Assembly (NCBI GenBank): GCA_963701085.1
Contig: OY969561.1
Location: forward strand, 416,001-480,000
Origin: an uncultured bacterium
GTDB taxonomy: Bacteria; Babelota; Babeliae; Babelales; Vermiphilaceae
Direction of reading: 5' to 3'
Length of the DNA stretch: 64,000 bases
Shown here: piece by piece, positions 34,282 to 45,487 of the stretch
How positions within the stretch are numbered: the first letter of the stretch is position 1
How the letters are laid out: every line of letters starts with the position of its first letter
Made by a program: the position numbers and the translations under genes
The notes under the pieces: model-generated
Told to the model about the DNA's origin: nothing
Database searches by the model: none
Seen by the model: the letters and a program-made list of their open reading frames with translations, nothing else

Positions 34282-34572
34282 TTATAAATTTAACAATGAT
34301 AGTTCTTGTTCAATATAATTTTTGAGAGCGACAACTTTCTGTTCGTTCTTACTATGTTCACGTTCGCAATGTAATAATCTGTCCGCGATACGTAATGCTG
34401 CCAGCACCGCTATCTTTTTTGCATCAGTAAGCGCAAAATGGTGACTAATTTCTTTCATAGAAGCATCTACCATTTCTGCTGCCTTCACTACCAATGCTTC
34501 AGATTGATCACTTGAAAGAACATAGTGCTCTTCAAAAATTTGTACCTTATAACTCTTTTTTTCATTCATCAT
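34282..34572 (-). CDS. zapA: Cell division protein ZapA
   Basis: VQIFEEHY...AAEMVDASM...IAVLAALRIADRL; upstream of rny. Confidence 0.85.
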   Translation of the reverse strand: MMNEKKSYKVQIFEEHYVLSSDQSEALVVKAAEMVDASMKEISHHFALTDAKKIAVLAALRIADRLLHCEREHSKNEQKVVALKNYIEQELSLLNL

Positions 34573-34886
34573 AGTTGATTTTCATTCTCAACAATTGAAT
34601 CAATACTTTTTATTAAATCATCAAGAACTGAACGAGTCATAGAGCGCTCTTCTGTAAGCTCTTGAACATGGCCAGTTTCTTTTTGGATTGATTTTTCTAT
34701 TGCATTTAATTGGAAAGTTAATTGTGCATTACCTTCAAAAAGCGTATCATTTTCTGCTTTCAACCCAGCGAAATCGCTTTTTAATGAATCATACTTTGAT
34801 TGTAAGGTAGCAAGTTGCTCTTTTGCATTTTTAACCGTTACAATCAAAGTTTTTATTTTTTCTTCTAAAACTAACACTGCTTCCAT
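34569..34886 (-). CDS. ZapB-like coiled-coil protein
   Basis: LEEKIKTLI start, continuous heptads, overlaps the zapA start. Confidence 0.6.
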   Translation of the reverse strand: MEAVLVLEEKIKTLIVTVKNAKEQLATLQSKYDSLKSDFAGLKAENDTLFEGNAQLTFQLNAIEKSIQKETGHVQELTEERSMTRSVLDDLIKSIDSIVENENQL

Positions 34887-34955
34887 AAGTCTCCCCTTTT
34901 AAAACTTCATTCTTGGAAGTAGTCTAATGATTCACGTAAAGCATTGTCAAGAAAA

Positions 34956-35303
34956 CTATTGTTTAGTTATCTCAACAATTTTAGAAAAGGCATTTGGCTC
35001 AAAAATTGATAATTGGCTGAGCATTTTTCTATTAAGCGCAACATTAGCAACTTTTAATCCATGTATAAACTTACTGTATGATGTTCCATGCGGACGTACA
35101 GACGCTGTAATACGAGAAATAAAAAGAGAGCGCATATCACGTTTGTACAGTTTTCTGCTTTTAAAAGCAAAAGCCCATGCACGCAACAGTGTTTCGTGTG
35201 CTCTTTTGAAAATATTTTTACGCTGGCCCCAAAAACCTTTGGCTTGACTAAGTAAGCGTTTGTGTCTTTTTTTCGTCGCCATCCCGCGTTTAACTCGTGA
35301 CAT
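34956..35303 (-). CDS. rplT: 50S ribosomal protein L20
   Basis: MSRVKRG...AKGFWG...LNRKMLS. Confidence 0.97.
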   Translation of the reverse strand: MSRVKRGMATKKRHKRLLSQAKGFWGQRKNIFKRAHETLLRAWAFAFKSRKLYKRDMRSLFISRITASVRPHGTSYSKFIHGLKVANVALNRKMLSQLSIFEPNAFSKIVEITKQ

Positions 35304-35337
35304 CGTTAATTCCTAATTTAATTGTTATTTAAATATA

Positions 35338-35553
35338 TTAATTTGGTAATAAAAGTTTAATTCTTGGCAAATCTGCCGCAGAAAAATACGTTGCTTGACG
35401 CAATTGTCTATTTGTTTTTGCACTAGCTCTTGTCATCAAGTGACGTCTATAAGCTTTGCCACGTTTAATTCTAACAACTTTTCCGCCTGTTTTTGAAAAA
35501 CGTTTTTTTGCAGAAGAGTTAGTTTTCATTTTAATTTTGGTCATTTTTGCCAT
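35338..35553 (-). CDS. rpmI: 50S ribosomal protein L35
   Basis: KMKTNSSAKKRF...RHLM; between infC and rplT. Confidence 0.93.
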   Translation of the reverse strand: MAKMTKIKMKTNSSAKKRFSKTGGKVVRIKRGKAYRRHLMTRASAKTNRQLRQATYFSAADLPRIKLLLPN

Positions 35554-35573
35554 TGTTCATCCCTATATTGTGC

Positions 35574-36116
35574 TTATTTTAAATAATAAATACGCGACCA
35601 CATTTTACCCATTTTTGAGTCTTGCTCTTGAACCAAATTATTCGCCCAATCATATTCCGCAAAACTGCTTTGTATTTTAGCAAAAAGTTCTGATCCACGC
35701 GTTTCTTTAGTTGTCATTTCCCGACCTCTAAAGGAAAGCGTTATTTTTACTCGCTTACCAGAGGTTAAAAACTGTACAGCTTGCTTGATTTTTGTTTGAT
35801 AATCATGCTCGCCAATCTTGGGACTCATTTTTATTTCTTTTACTTGAATAACCTTTTGATGCTTTTTAGCTTCAATAGTTTTCTTTTTCTTTTCATAAAG
35901 CACTTTGCCAAAATCCATGATTTTAACAACAGGTATACCGTCTTTACCTGTTTGTGCTATTAATACGAGATCAAGTCCCGACTCTTCTGCTTGACGCAAC
36001 GCCTGACTTCTACTTATAGTGCCGATATTTTCGCCATCTTGCGTTATAAGTTGAACATTTTCAGCACGAATTTGCTGATTAATTAACGGAGCGCCTTCTC
36101 TTTTGTCTTTCAACAT
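35574..36116 (-). CDS. infC: Translation initiation factor IF-3 (ATG start)
   Basis: INQQIRA, GLDLV, VKIMDFGK, VKEIK, FRGRE. Confidence 0.95.
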   Translation of the reverse strand: MLKDKREGAPLINQQIRAENVQLITQDGENIGTISRSQALRQAEESGLDLVLIAQTGKDGIPVVKIMDFGKVLYEKKKKTIEAKKHQKVIQVKEIKMSPKIGEHDYQTKIKQAVQFLTSGKRVKITLSFRGREMTTKETRGSELFAKIQSSFAEYDWANNLVQEQDSKMGKMWSRIYYLK

Positions 36117-36140
36117 ATACCTTTTTTACCAATCAATGAG

Positions 36141-37256
36141 TTACTCAAATTCTGTAGTACTTTCTTTTATTTGAACATCAAATTCTGGAGCAGCAACCAA
36201 AACATGTTTTTCTGCATCAATTGCTTCCATAACTTTTACATAAACCACATCAAAGGCTTGAGGATTTTTCAAATACTGCAATACCTGATCCCTACCTTGA
36301 GCAATTTTTGTATCGTTAAATGCAAACCATGAACCAGACTGAATAATAATTTTAAAGTGTAAAGCTGCATCAAGAAGATCAAGTTCTCGACTAATACCTT
36401 CACTAAACAATAAGTCTAATTCAACTTGCTTAAATGGTGGAGCCACCTTGTTTTTTACAACACGAACTCTCACGCGATTACCAATATTTACATCATTTTT
36501 TTTAAGACTCGCTATTCTGCGAACATCAAGTCGTACTGATGCATAAAATTTTAATGCATTACCACCAGTTGTTGTTTCTTTATTTGCAAACGGCATAGCA
36601 CCAATATTTTGGCGAATTTGATTAATAAAAATAAGTACGGTTTTTGATTTATGAATCACAGGGGTTAATTTACGTAAAGCTTGAGACATAAGTCTTGCTT
36701 GTAAGCCCATATGAGAATCACCCATGTCGCCTTCAAGTTCTGCCTTTGGTACAAGCGCAGCAACTGAATCAATAACAATAACATCAATAGCGCCTGATCG
36801 GATAAGCATTTCTGTAATATCAAGGGCTTGCTCACCATAATCAGGCTGGGAAATAATTAACTCATCGGCATTAATACCCAAGTTTTTTGCATAGGTAACA
36901 TCTAACGCATGCTCAGCATCTATAAATGCACAAATACCGCCACGTTTTTGCGATTGAGCAATAACATGCATAGCCAATGTTGTCTTACCAGATGCTTCCG
37001 GTCCGAATATTTCAATAATTCTACCAACCGGTAATCCGCCTATTCCAATCGCACGATCAATAAGGATAGATCCTGTTGAAATAGCCTCTATATTATTGTT
37101 ATTGGACTCTCCAAGTTTCATAACAGCACCACTACCATACTGCTTATCTATTTGGGAAAAAGTTACTTCAAGCATCTTTTTCTTCATAGACTGTTCGGTC
37201 TGAGTTTTCTCTTTTGCACGCTCTTCTGGAGCTGCAGGTGTTACTTTTATTTTCAT
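36141..37256 (-). CDS. recA: Recombinase RecA
   Basis: [48 protein letters not shown]. Confidence 0.98.
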   Translation of the reverse strand: MKIKVTPAAPEERAKEKTQTEQSMKKKMLEVTFSQIDKQYGSGAVMKLGESNNNNIEAISTGSILIDRAIGIGGLPVGRIIEIFGPEASGKTTLAMHVIAQSQKRGGICAFIDAEHALDVTYAKNLGINADELIISQPDYGEQALDITEMLIRSGAIDVIVIDSVAALVPKAELEGDMGDSHMGLQARLMSQALRKLTPVIHKSKTVLIFINQIRQNIGAMPFANKETTTGGNALKFYASVRLDVRRIASLKKNDVNIGNRVRVRVVKNKVAPPFKQVELDLLFSEGISRELDLLDAALHFKIIIQSGSWFAFNDTKIAQGRDQVLQYLKNPQAFDVVYVKVMEAIDAEKHVLVAAPEFDVQIKESTTEFE

Positions 37257-39178
37257 TCTGAATATTCTTCGCCAGCTATAAGTATTGACTCGTTAGTTTC
37301 TATTGTAGCATTTCTATGCAAAGAAGCAACAAAGCTCTCTACTTGTGCCTTCATACGACTAGGCTCAGCATGAGATTTTACCTCTTTTTGTGCGGCAAGA
37401 AGGTCATTTTGACTGTATTCCTCAATAGTATCCACTTTTATCAAAAAGCTCGTTCTATCGCCATTATGAACCAAAATAGTACCTTTTTTATCAAGGCTAA
37501 GCATTGCTCTCGCCGGGAGGCCCTTTTTGTCGAGCTCTTGCATTTTTTTGCTATCACTTGGCTGAATAAGGCCAATATGATGTAATGTAGCATTGTACTT
37601 CTTAGCAATAGCATCAAAAGAAGTTTCAGTTGCAGCCTCTTGCGCTTCTTGCACCATGTTTATCATTGCTGCATGCGCACGCTCTTGGCAAAGATCTTCC
37701 TTAACTACGTCCTTAATAGAGTTAAACTCTGGGAGATTGCGCTCTGCAATATTTGTTAACAAAACAGCTATACCTGTTTCATTTTCTACAAAAAACGCAT
37801 ATTCTCCTTTTTTTAGTCCAAACAGCTCTTGTGAAAGGAGTGTATCATTTTTAATAATACCCAAAGCAATCTCTTTTTTACCTGCTTTTTGGGCAATAAA
37901 TGATTCTACTTGCCTAGAATCACCTTTGAGAGCCACCGCTTTTAAATCTTTCACAAAGTTTTTCTTAAACTGTTTTTCCATCAAAATATCTTTTATCTCA
38001 TTTTTAACGGAAAGCAACGGTTTATAGGTACGCGGAATACGTTTAACAAGCCGTATAATTACTTTTTCACCCTTTGTATCTATCACTGATGAAATATCGC
38101 CAACATTGTGTAACAGGAATGCCTCTTTTTCAAAAGCTCCTTTTCTTTCACCGCGTGTAAAAGGCTCAACCGATTCCCATTTTTTTGCCCAAGGTGAAGA
38201 TGGATTATTTTCTATCTCTTCCTTTACCATTTCAAGCGATAAATCAGGGTAATTGGATAACTGTTTTTCAGTAATTTGTTGTACATGAATTTTGATAGGA
38301 TCAAGCACGTACTTGCTTACTTTATTATCTTCATAATACTGACTAATGTGTTCTTCAGAAATAGGTGCACCATAATTTTTTGCATTAAACTTCCAAACTA
38401 TTCCATCACGCTTTTCTGCTACCCAATAACGACGACGTTGATTATTTTCTTTGGTATAAAAAGCAAGAGCATCTTCATCGCTGACTCCTTTTTTCTTTTC
38501 TGCTGCTAAAAACGAATCTAATGAAAATGCAAGATATGAAAATTCTTTACCAAGATTTTGCGCTATAAATGTTTGTTCAATATCAAACAAAGGAACATAG
38601 CATGAAGATGCAATAAACTGCATAGCCTGCAATTGAGCGAGGCTCTGCTCTACCTTGCTTTCAAAATCGCGAATAGACATACCTTTATGTTTTAAAAACA
38701 TTTTCAGCTTTTCAGAATCTAATGCACCCGAAACATCAAAAAGAAATGGAGGTAAAATTCTTTGCAAATGACGACGTGCAAACTGTGCATCATTAATACT
38801 TTCAGCAATATAATCGGAATGAATTTCTATTCCCAAAGATTCAACAAACTGACGTAATAATGATGTTTTAACCAATACCTCAAATGCTAATGCTTTTGGA
38901 TCGGTTGGCCAATTCATCGCCTGCATCAAAAGATCTGCATATTGACCGTATTGAGCACGAATTTGCGCAATAAACTCACTTTGTTCAGCAATTTCTTGGG
39001 CAAATTCTTTATATGATACCTTTTCACGATTAACTTTCATTGCCCATGTAGAAATTCCTCCTTCATGCCTCAATAACGAAGGTATCGAAACCATACCAAG
39101 AGCCATAACAAGCACGATAAAAATGGCAATATATCGAAATGTTGATTGTTTAAACTGGTTGCGAATAGTGATAATCAT
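37253..39178 (-). CDS. PpiD/SurA-like membrane-anchored periplasmic chaperone
   Basis: N-terminal TM, SurA_N-like [10 protein letters not shown] segment, degenerate parvulin-like [13 protein letters not shown]; about 640 aa. Confidence 0.65.
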   Translation of the reverse strand: MIITIRNQFKQSTFRYIAIFIVLVMALGMVSIPSLLRHEGGISTWAMKVNREKVSYKEFAQEIAEQSEFIAQIRAQYGQYADLLMQAMNWPTDPKALAFEVLVKTSLLRQFVESLGIEIHSDYIAESINDAQFARRHLQRILPPFLFDVSGALDSEKLKMFLKHKGMSIRDFESKVEQSLAQLQAMQFIASSCYVPLFDIEQTFIAQNLGKEFSYLAFSLDSFLAAEKKKGVSDEDALAFYTKENNQRRRYWVAEKRDGIVWKFNAKNYGAPISEEHISQYYEDNKVSKYVLDPIKIHVQQITEKQLSNYPDLSLEMVKEEIENNPSSPWAKKWESVEPFTRGERKGAFEKEAFLLHNVGDISSVIDTKGEKVIIRLVKRIPRTYKPLLSVKNEIKDILMEKQFKKNFVKDLKAVALKGDSRQVESFIAQKAGKKEIALGIIKNDTLLSQELFGLKKGEYAFFVENETGIAVLLTNIAERNLPEFNSIKDVVKEDLCQERAHAAMINMVQEAQEAATETSFDAIAKKYNATLHHIGLIQPSDSKKMQELDKKGLPARAMLSLDKKGTILVHNGDRTSFLIKVDTIEEYSQNDLLAAQKEVKSHAEPSRMKAQVESFVASLHRNATIETNESILIAGEEYSE

Positions 39179-39223
39179 ACTGTATACCTTTCTTTGAGAT
39201 CTTTTTTTATTGTTCAAAAAAAT

Positions 39224-39874
39224 TTAACAAACGCGAATACAAGCGTCTTTGATATTTTCTTCTTTTGCAAGTCTATCAACCAAAGCAGATAAATCATCTT
39301 TATTAGAATATTGGGCGGTTACCACCTGATACCAATAAGAAGTATTCCCTTTTACTGTTTTACTCATACGTTTTTTCACATCTGTTTCAATACCTTTTGC
39401 TGCAAGCTTTTTTACAAAGAGCTGCGCTGCTTTTTCTGTTCCAAATCCTATAAGCTGGGCATAATAACGTGTGTCCCCTGTACTATTTAATTGAGAACTA
39501 ACCTCTTGCTGAACAAAAGCAGGCTCATTAAAACTTACTAACTGAGATGGCGCATTGGAATCATCCTCACTGGTTACCAACAACATATCTTTTGTTGGCT
39601 GCTGATCTTCTTGAGGCGTACACAGTACCGTTGTATAAATTTTGTCCGCAAAAGCTTCTTGCTGCAACTTTTCGGTAAATTGCTCAACTGACTTTTTCTT
39701 ACCTAAAAAATATCCTGCCATAAAAACAGAAAATCCCAACAGCAAGCATACAGCTACAACAATGCTCAGTTGTCTGTTAGGTACAAAAAGTCCTTCATTA
39801 TCTAAACAATGACACATTTTACTGCCATTATTTTCGACTAATGTTTTTTTAAAAGAATCTTCCCATTTACTCAT
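39224..39874 (-). CDS. SPOR-domain membrane protein
   Basis: Single TM; C-terminal YYAQLIGFGTEKAA...WYQVV. Confidence 0.7.
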   Translation of the reverse strand: MSKWEDSFKKTLVENNGSKMCHCLDNEGLFVPNRQLSIVVAVCLLLGFSVFMAGYFLGKKKSVEQFTEKLQQEAFADKIYTTVLCTPQEDQQPTKDMLLVTSEDDSNAPSQLVSFNEPAFVQQEVSSQLNSTGDTRYYAQLIGFGTEKAAQLFVKKLAAKGIETDVKKRMSKTVKGNTSYWYQVVTAQYSNKDDLSALVDRLAKEENIKDACIRVC

Positions 39875-40851
39875 ATTTTTTTACCTATTATAGGTGACAA
39901 TCGTTTTAATAGTTCATTAATATATAAATGAATTTCTACATTCGTCAAGTTCACTGTTTCAAGACACCCAATGCAGCTACCAGTATACTGATTTTCTTTT
40001 TTTATTTCACGTTCTAACTTGCGCCAAAAAGTAAATTGTCTTTTTGCATATTGCCTTGTTTGCCCGCTTATCTTATCGACCATAGCTAAAAACGTTTCGT
40101 CAGTTTTTTCACCTGATAAATAATCAAAAATTTCACTATACCCAATAATGTTTTTATGTTGAATAAATTGTTTCCAGGGAGTGTGCTCAAGAGCTTTTGT
40201 CTCCTCAACCCATCCGCACGCAAACATTTCAAGAACACGCTGATTGATACGCTCTTTTAACTCTTGGCGATCTCGCTCCAAAAACATTATTAAAAAATCT
40301 GCTTCAGGTTTATAAACAGGAACATATGAAGAAGGCAATTTTCCTGTTGCATGCCAAATACTCAATGCACGTTTAATGCGATACTCATCAGCCTTATCAA
40401 TGCGTAACGCTCTTTGAGGATCAAGCTTATAAAGCTCTTGCCACAAATCAGTCTTTGATTTATAAAATGGTGTTATATCAACATCTTTTATAGCAGCTTG
40501 TGGTGGAAATAACAGTGAATGAACATAAAACCCGCTCCCTCCAACCAGAACAGGAAGGCGCCCGCGTTGCGTGATTTCTTCTACTTTTTTATACAATATT
40601 GTTCGATACTCAGCAGCCGTATAATTGACAGGTGTATCAATGATATCAAAAAGATGATGAGGAACAGGACTGTTTTTCCAATCAGGTTTAGCAGTGCCAA
40701 TAGAGAGGGGGGTATAAAATTGACCAATATCCATGTTAATGATTTCAGCAGGAACTATGTCAGCAATAGCAAGCGCTATATCTGTTTTGCCAACACCTGT
40801 TGGGCCGTAGAGAATTAACATAAATGGTTGTTTTTTTAATCTGTTCTTCAT
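39871..40851 (-). CDS. miaA: tRNA dimethylallyltransferase
   Basis: GPTGVGKT, SIGTAKP, PHHL, VGGSGFY, TRQYAKRQFTF; start approximate. Confidence 0.93.
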   Translation of the reverse strand: MKNRLKKQPFMLILYGPTGVGKTDIALAIADIVPAEIINMDIGQFYTPLSIGTAKPDWKNSPVPHHLFDIIDTPVNYTAAEYRTILYKKVEEITQRGRLPVLVGGSGFYVHSLLFPPQAAIKDVDITPFYKSKTDLWQELYKLDPQRALRIDKADEYRIKRALSIWHATGKLPSSYVPVYKPEADFLIMFLERDRQELKERINQRVLEMFACGWVEETKALEHTPWKQFIQHKNIIGYSEIFDYLSGEKTDETFLAMVDKISGQTRQYAKRQFTFWRKLEREIKKENQYTGSCIGCLETVNLTNVEIHLYINELLKRLSPIIGKKI

Positions 40852-40918
40852 AATACTATAAGCATACACGAAAGTTACTCTCTCGGTAACCTCATATATG
40901 CTTATATACATATTATTT

Positions 40919-41449
40919 CTAACGAACTAAGGCTGATTCGTTGGTTTGTTTTACTTTGTATCCAACTAATTCTTTTAATTGTTGAGCCGCATCGGCAACA
41001 TCTACTTTTGTGACTATTGCAATTTCTTCAATAAGAAGTCTTTCTGTTTGCTGTAATAAGCTTTTTTCACCGAATGAAAGCTCTTTGTTACCTTCGATAT
41101 GCCTAAGATCTCTATAAATTGCACACAATTCCAAGAGATTCCCACTGCGAAGTTTTCCTTGATACTCTTTATTGCGCTTGTTCCAATTACTGACTGCAGC
41201 ATCAAGCTGCTTTGCCATCACCGGTTGCGACAATAATTTAAAAATATCATTTATATATTCAGCGGAACTGAGAGGTCTAATTCCTACAGCGCTTGCATTA
41301 TCTGTCGGAACAAGAATAGTCATGTCTTTATTAAGAAATCGTAACTCAAAAAATTGTAATGATTTGCCTGCGATCTTTTTTTCAATAACACAGCTAATAA
41401 TAGCCACCCCATGACCCGGATAAACAACTTTCTCATTGCGAGCAAACAT
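40919..41449 (-). CDS. carD: CarD-family RNA polymerase-binding regulator
   Basis: VVYPGHGV, ILVP, GIRPL, NWNKR, LSFGE. Confidence 0.9.
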   Translation of the reverse strand: MFARNEKVVYPGHGVAIISCVIEKKIAGKSLQFFELRFLNKDMTILVPTDNASAVGIRPLSSAEYINDIFKLLSQPVMAKQLDAAVSNWNKRNKEYQGKLRSGNLLELCAIYRDLRHIEGNKELSFGEKSLLQQTERLLIEEIAIVTKVDVADAAQQLKELVGYKVKQTNESALVR

Positions 41450-41571
41450 ATTCTACCCTTTCACAAAAAGGTAAAGCTTCTCGCAAGAACAGCTTTTTTA
41501 CACCGATAATAATCGTAACATAAATTCGTAAAACAATTAAGTCCCAATATTTTTATGTTAAAAATAGGTTC

Positions 41572-42618
41572 TTAAGAAATGGTGCAATCAAACAAACGCC
41601 GCACAACATCGTTCTCTTCTTCTCTTTCATTTTCGATTTCTTTGCCAGACCTCGCGCCATAGTTCTCCAACAACAGGACAACTTTATCATATTCAGGATC
41701 TTCTTGCGCTTTATCTAACATTTTATCCAGCAACCTAATGGGTATTATGTTACCGCAATCATCAGTATAACTACCCAACTCATAATTAAGATTATAATGA
41801 TTAGGATTATCCAACAATGCTTCTAACGCTTTAATACTTTTTTTAACACATGCTCGCTCTAAAAGTTTTTCATTAAGTAAAATATTAGCATCATTAAAAT
41901 GAACAATTATTTCAGTAAAATTGGAATCATCATAAATAGCATCAATTAATACTTTCATACATTTTCCGTGATCACAATCAACTGCTATTTTAAGAGCTTT
42001 TTCTACATTTTTTCTATCCGTCTCTCTAGACTCACTCACTATATCGCTGCTTCCTACAAGACAAGCCATAAGCAGCTCTGTAGGCTTACATTGATCGTGA
42101 ACTGAATTTGTAATAGTATATGATTCCAACAATTGCCATAATTGTTCATCACCAGTATGGTCAGTAACACAACACATATCTAATACTTCATGTTGATCTT
42201 GAGAGCTATCAATAGAATAATAAAGATGATGACTTTTAGTGCAGGGCAAACTATTCTTTAAACAACCAAGAATAGTACTCTTCTTTAAAATATTTTCCAC
42301 TCCTGCATAATTCCCAACATAAGCAGCATTCAAAAGAATACGAATCATGCGTGAATGATCAACATGACAAAAATCATTGCTAAAAATATCCGGTGACTTT
42401 ATCGATCCTTTGATATACCAATTTCTGTTTGTTTTTTGAAAGTTATTTTTATTATCTGAATGTTTAAAAACTATGAACTGCGTTTCAGGTATTAATTCAG
42501 TAAAGTAACTAAACGTTACTCCTGATTTTAGAGACGGAAACCAATTCATACCAAAAGATTGCTGACTAAAGAATAAAATACTTACTACAATGCGTGCCGT
42601 TAAAAATGATATTTTCAT
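41572..42618 (-). CDS. Candidate effector: signal peptide, degenerate F-box-like motif, ankyrin-like helices, C-terminal CaaX (CTIS)
   Basis: FTELIPETQFIVF...QKTNRNW; LLNAAYVGN, LLMACLVG, LLERACVKK; ends FDCTIS-stop. Confidence 0.65.
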   Translation of the reverse strand: MKISFLTARIVVSILFFSQQSFGMNWFPSLKSGVTFSYFTELIPETQFIVFKHSDNKNNFQKTNRNWYIKGSIKSPDIFSNDFCHVDHSRMIRILLNAAYVGNYAGVENILKKSTILGCLKNSLPCTKSHHLYYSIDSSQDQHEVLDMCCVTDHTGDEQLWQLLESYTITNSVHDQCKPTELLMACLVGSSDIVSESRETDRKNVEKALKIAVDCDHGKCMKVLIDAIYDDSNFTEIIVHFNDANILLNEKLLERACVKKSIKALEALLDNPNHYNLNYELGSYTDDCGNIIPIRLLDKMLDKAQEDPEYDKVVLLLENYGARSGKEIENEREEENDVVRRLFDCTIS

Positions 42619-42798
42619 ATTATTCCATGTAATAATTATTGCAATGCACATTATGGCTTTTTATAATACCATTTTTCATAAATAATTCAATAAGACAAAT
42701 AAGCTCATTGTCTTTCATGAATACACTCAAAAAAATAGCACATAAAAACAGCGTGAAACAAGAAGATTTAGTTAACTGTCATGCAACAAGTCAAAAAG

Positions 42799-43974
42799 TT
42801 ATATTTTTAAACCAGCAGGCATTTTGACTGTTATTTCTAAAGCTTTAAAACCAAACAGTTCAATTTGGAGCTCTTTTTTTTCAATTTTTTTCAGAGCTGT
42901 CCAAGTAGCATTTACTGCAATCAGAACGCCATAACTCTCTGCATAAAGACAAGGAGACGATATTCCACAATGTGCTACTTCAAAATCTCTAAGCGCGCGT
43001 GATGTATCAGCGGATATTTCTTGAGCAAGTTTAAATTTTGTATATGCAGGATGCAGTTTTATATTTTCTGATTCAATAGTAGTACAAGCCGTTATTCCAT
43101 TAAGAATAGAAGATTCTATAGTAGCGTGTCCTTTGGCCGCATGGGTCATTTCATGATGCATCATATGTTTTATACAGTCCTGGCTTTGGTGAGCAAGACT
43201 TGGATTAAAACCAATAAAACAAGGTTTGTTTTTTTGATAGTCCCATAATTTTTGTGTTGGATTTTTATCAAGTTTATCCATAATGTCAAAATCTGTTAAT
43301 GATTTATCTACCAAGTTAACAATTGATTTGGGAGCCCTCAATTCAGCACTAGCTATTTCCCAATGTTTTTGATCAAGAAACCCAACATTAAAGGCTGTTG
43401 GATTACATTCATTTTCTTGTATTGCATCTGTTAATGCGTTTGCCAAATTTACTGGCAAATCAGGATTCCACGCTGTGGTATTCCATTGCTCCCTCAGTGT
43501 GGCAGTATCAAATTTATTTCTCGTTTCTAGCTCCAACATAAAGAGACGCCATAGTTTTGAATGAGGATCAATACCATACGCTTGTCGCAACTCATTTTGT
43601 GTATTAACTTCATGCGCAACAAGGAGTGCATTAATTTTATTAAATTGATCATGAATGTAGCATTTTGCTCTACCGATCGGTAAGGAACAAAGAATTTCGA
43701 CTATTTTATTGTGCAATAAATTTCTACTGCTTTGTTGTTGAAGATCGGCTGTTTTCAAAATTGCCAATCTTTCATAAATGGGCAACTTCTGTGCATCGCC
43801 ATTGAGAATGTCAATATTTAAAGATGGCATTAATTCATCATAAAATTGATCCAAATCGTTTAACATGGCGATGATTATATCATTTTTTGATTTTATACGT
43901 TTCATGCCAAACGCTAAAAACTGCCATGATAACAAAAATATAATACTTATACCAAGTACGGATTTATGCACCAA
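42799..43974 (-). CDS. Secreted protein with a C-terminal HExxH zinc-peptidase-like domain
   Basis: HEMTH plus downstream QEISAD; paralog of 45488-46672. Confidence 0.6.
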   Translation of the reverse strand: MVHKSVLGISIIFLLSWQFLAFGMKRIKSKNDIIIAMLNDLDQFYDELMPSLNIDILNGDAQKLPIYERLAILKTADLQQQSSRNLLHNKIVEILCSLPIGRAKCYIHDQFNKINALLVAHEVNTQNELRQAYGIDPHSKLWRLFMLELETRNKFDTATLREQWNTTAWNPDLPVNLANALTDAIQENECNPTAFNVGFLDQKHWEIASAELRAPKSIVNLVDKSLTDFDIMDKLDKNPTQKLWDYQKNKPCFIGFNPSLAHQSQDCIKHMMHHEMTHAAKGHATIESSILNGITACTTIESENIKLHPAYTKFKLAQEISADTSRALRDFEVAHCGISSPCLYAESYGVLIAVNATWTALKKIEKKELQIELFGFKALEITVKMPAGLKI

Positions 43975-44090
43975 AATCCTAGCAAGTAATAGTTTGAACT
44001 GAAACTAACAAAAGATTTTTTTCATTACAAGTAATTTATTTTTGTTTTTTTTCAATTTTTTTAAGCACATCAATCATCAGCGTTTTACTA

Positions 44091-45182
44091 TCATTGCAAG
44101 TTACAGGCCTCTGTGGATACTGAAAATGGGTGGCTGAAATCATTATAATCTTCATCTTCATCATACCCCATCTCTTGCAAAGTCTTACCACCAAGTTCTT
44201 TGTATAATGCAATATATTCTGCAATGTTAGGAATATCTGTTTGTTTGCATATTTCATCCAAAGTTGTTGTATTGATACCTCCATATGCACGACCCAAATG
44301 AACATTCTTCAAGCAACCATAAACGTTATTTTGTACCAATGCCTTAAATGCTTGTTTTTTTTGCTTCTTCATCGCCATAAATAATAATTCCAGATGAATC
44401 TCTTGATTAGGTTCTTTTTTATTTTTTAGAAACGATAATACTTTGATACAGTGTGGATTATCGTTGTACATTGCTATATAGAAACAATCAAGTATAAGCG
44501 CATATGTTGTACATAAACGATGCATTTCAACATTATCAACTTTTTCGCTCACAGAGTACTTTAATCGATCATTACTGTATTCAACTACCTTGCCATCAAC
44601 AACTACATCAAGCTCTTGTTTGACTTTATCACTATCACCGTCAAAACAGGCCATAAACAAAGGAAAAAAGACAACCCCATTTTTATGTGCATTCGATGCC
44701 AAATCCAACTCTTCAAATTTCTTAGGAGTTCCCTTTTTCCAATTATTGTTACCCAAATGCAATTTTTGAATAACAAACATATCACTAAGGCGAAAGCTCG
44801 TTTCTTCACTAATATCATAATCAAAATTACGTTGATTAGTACGATTAAGAATATTGCTCATCACCTCAATATTCTCATTCCATGCAGCATGCATCATAAC
44901 ATAAGACCAATCATCTTGACTTGGATGGAATGATTCATCATTGATAAGTTGATACATGTTAGGAGCTTGTTTGGTTCCAATTTTATGCCATGATTTACAA
45001 CTATTTTTTAATTGATTTTTTATAGATGGGCACGCAACAACAAAAATGTGGCGTCGAATATCTTCTGAGAACTTTTGTATATTAAACTGTTCTGTATTGT
45101 GAATCGTTAACATACTAAAAGATATAGTGTTACTCAGCAGTACGAGTGATAGAGCACTTATTTTTAACGCAAATGGTTGCAT
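44091..45182 (-). CDS. Candidate effector: signal peptide, F-box-like motif, ankyrin-like helices, C-terminal CaaX (CNLQ)
   Basis: IQKFSEDIRRHIFVVACPSIKNQLKNSCKSWHKI; PLFMACFDGD, LLFMAMKKQ; ends EACNLQ-stop. Confidence 0.7.
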   Translation of the reverse strand: MQPFALKISALSLVLLSNTISFSMLTIHNTEQFNIQKFSEDIRRHIFVVACPSIKNQLKNSCKSWHKIGTKQAPNMYQLINDESFHPSQDDWSYVMMHAAWNENIEVMSNILNRTNQRNFDYDISEETSFRLSDMFVIQKLHLGNNNWKKGTPKKFEELDLASNAHKNGVVFFPLFMACFDGDSDKVKQELDVVVDGKVVEYSNDRLKYSVSEKVDNVEMHRLCTTYALILDCFYIAMYNDNPHCIKVLSFLKNKKEPNQEIHLELLFMAMKKQKKQAFKALVQNNVYGCLKNVHLGRAYGGINTTTLDEICKQTDIPNIAEYIALYKELGGKTLQEMGYDEDEDYNDFSHPFSVSTEACNLQ

Positions 45183-45223
45183 ACACATTCCCAACTATTA
45201 ACCGTAGTTATAGATTATTTTCT

Positions 45224-45422
45224 CTTAGAGTCTATTCCTAAACTAATTTTTTCCTGCGCTCGCCCTGACCCTTCGACAAGCTCAGGAGTAAACACCCGCC
45301 TGGCCTCCGAAGCCTCGGCGAAGGACGGCTTGAAGGGTTTTCTTCGAGCGCTCAGGGATATCCTTCGACAGGCTCAGGACGAGCGCGGGAAGGAAATTTA
45401 ATATTAGGGATAGGTTCTTAAG
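45224..45422. repeat. Nested REP/MITE-like palindromic element
   Basis: Outer imperfect IR cttagagtctattcctaa/ttagggataggttcttaag; ttcctgcgctcgccctga/tcaggacgagcgcgggaa; two cttcgaca(a/g)gctcagg units; cctccgaagcctcggcgaagg hairpin. Confidence 0.75.
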
Positions 45423-45487
45423 AAGTATGCATTATTTATAAAAGAATTCAATTGGCAAAAGATAGATTAATTGAGAAGCTCTCAGTA

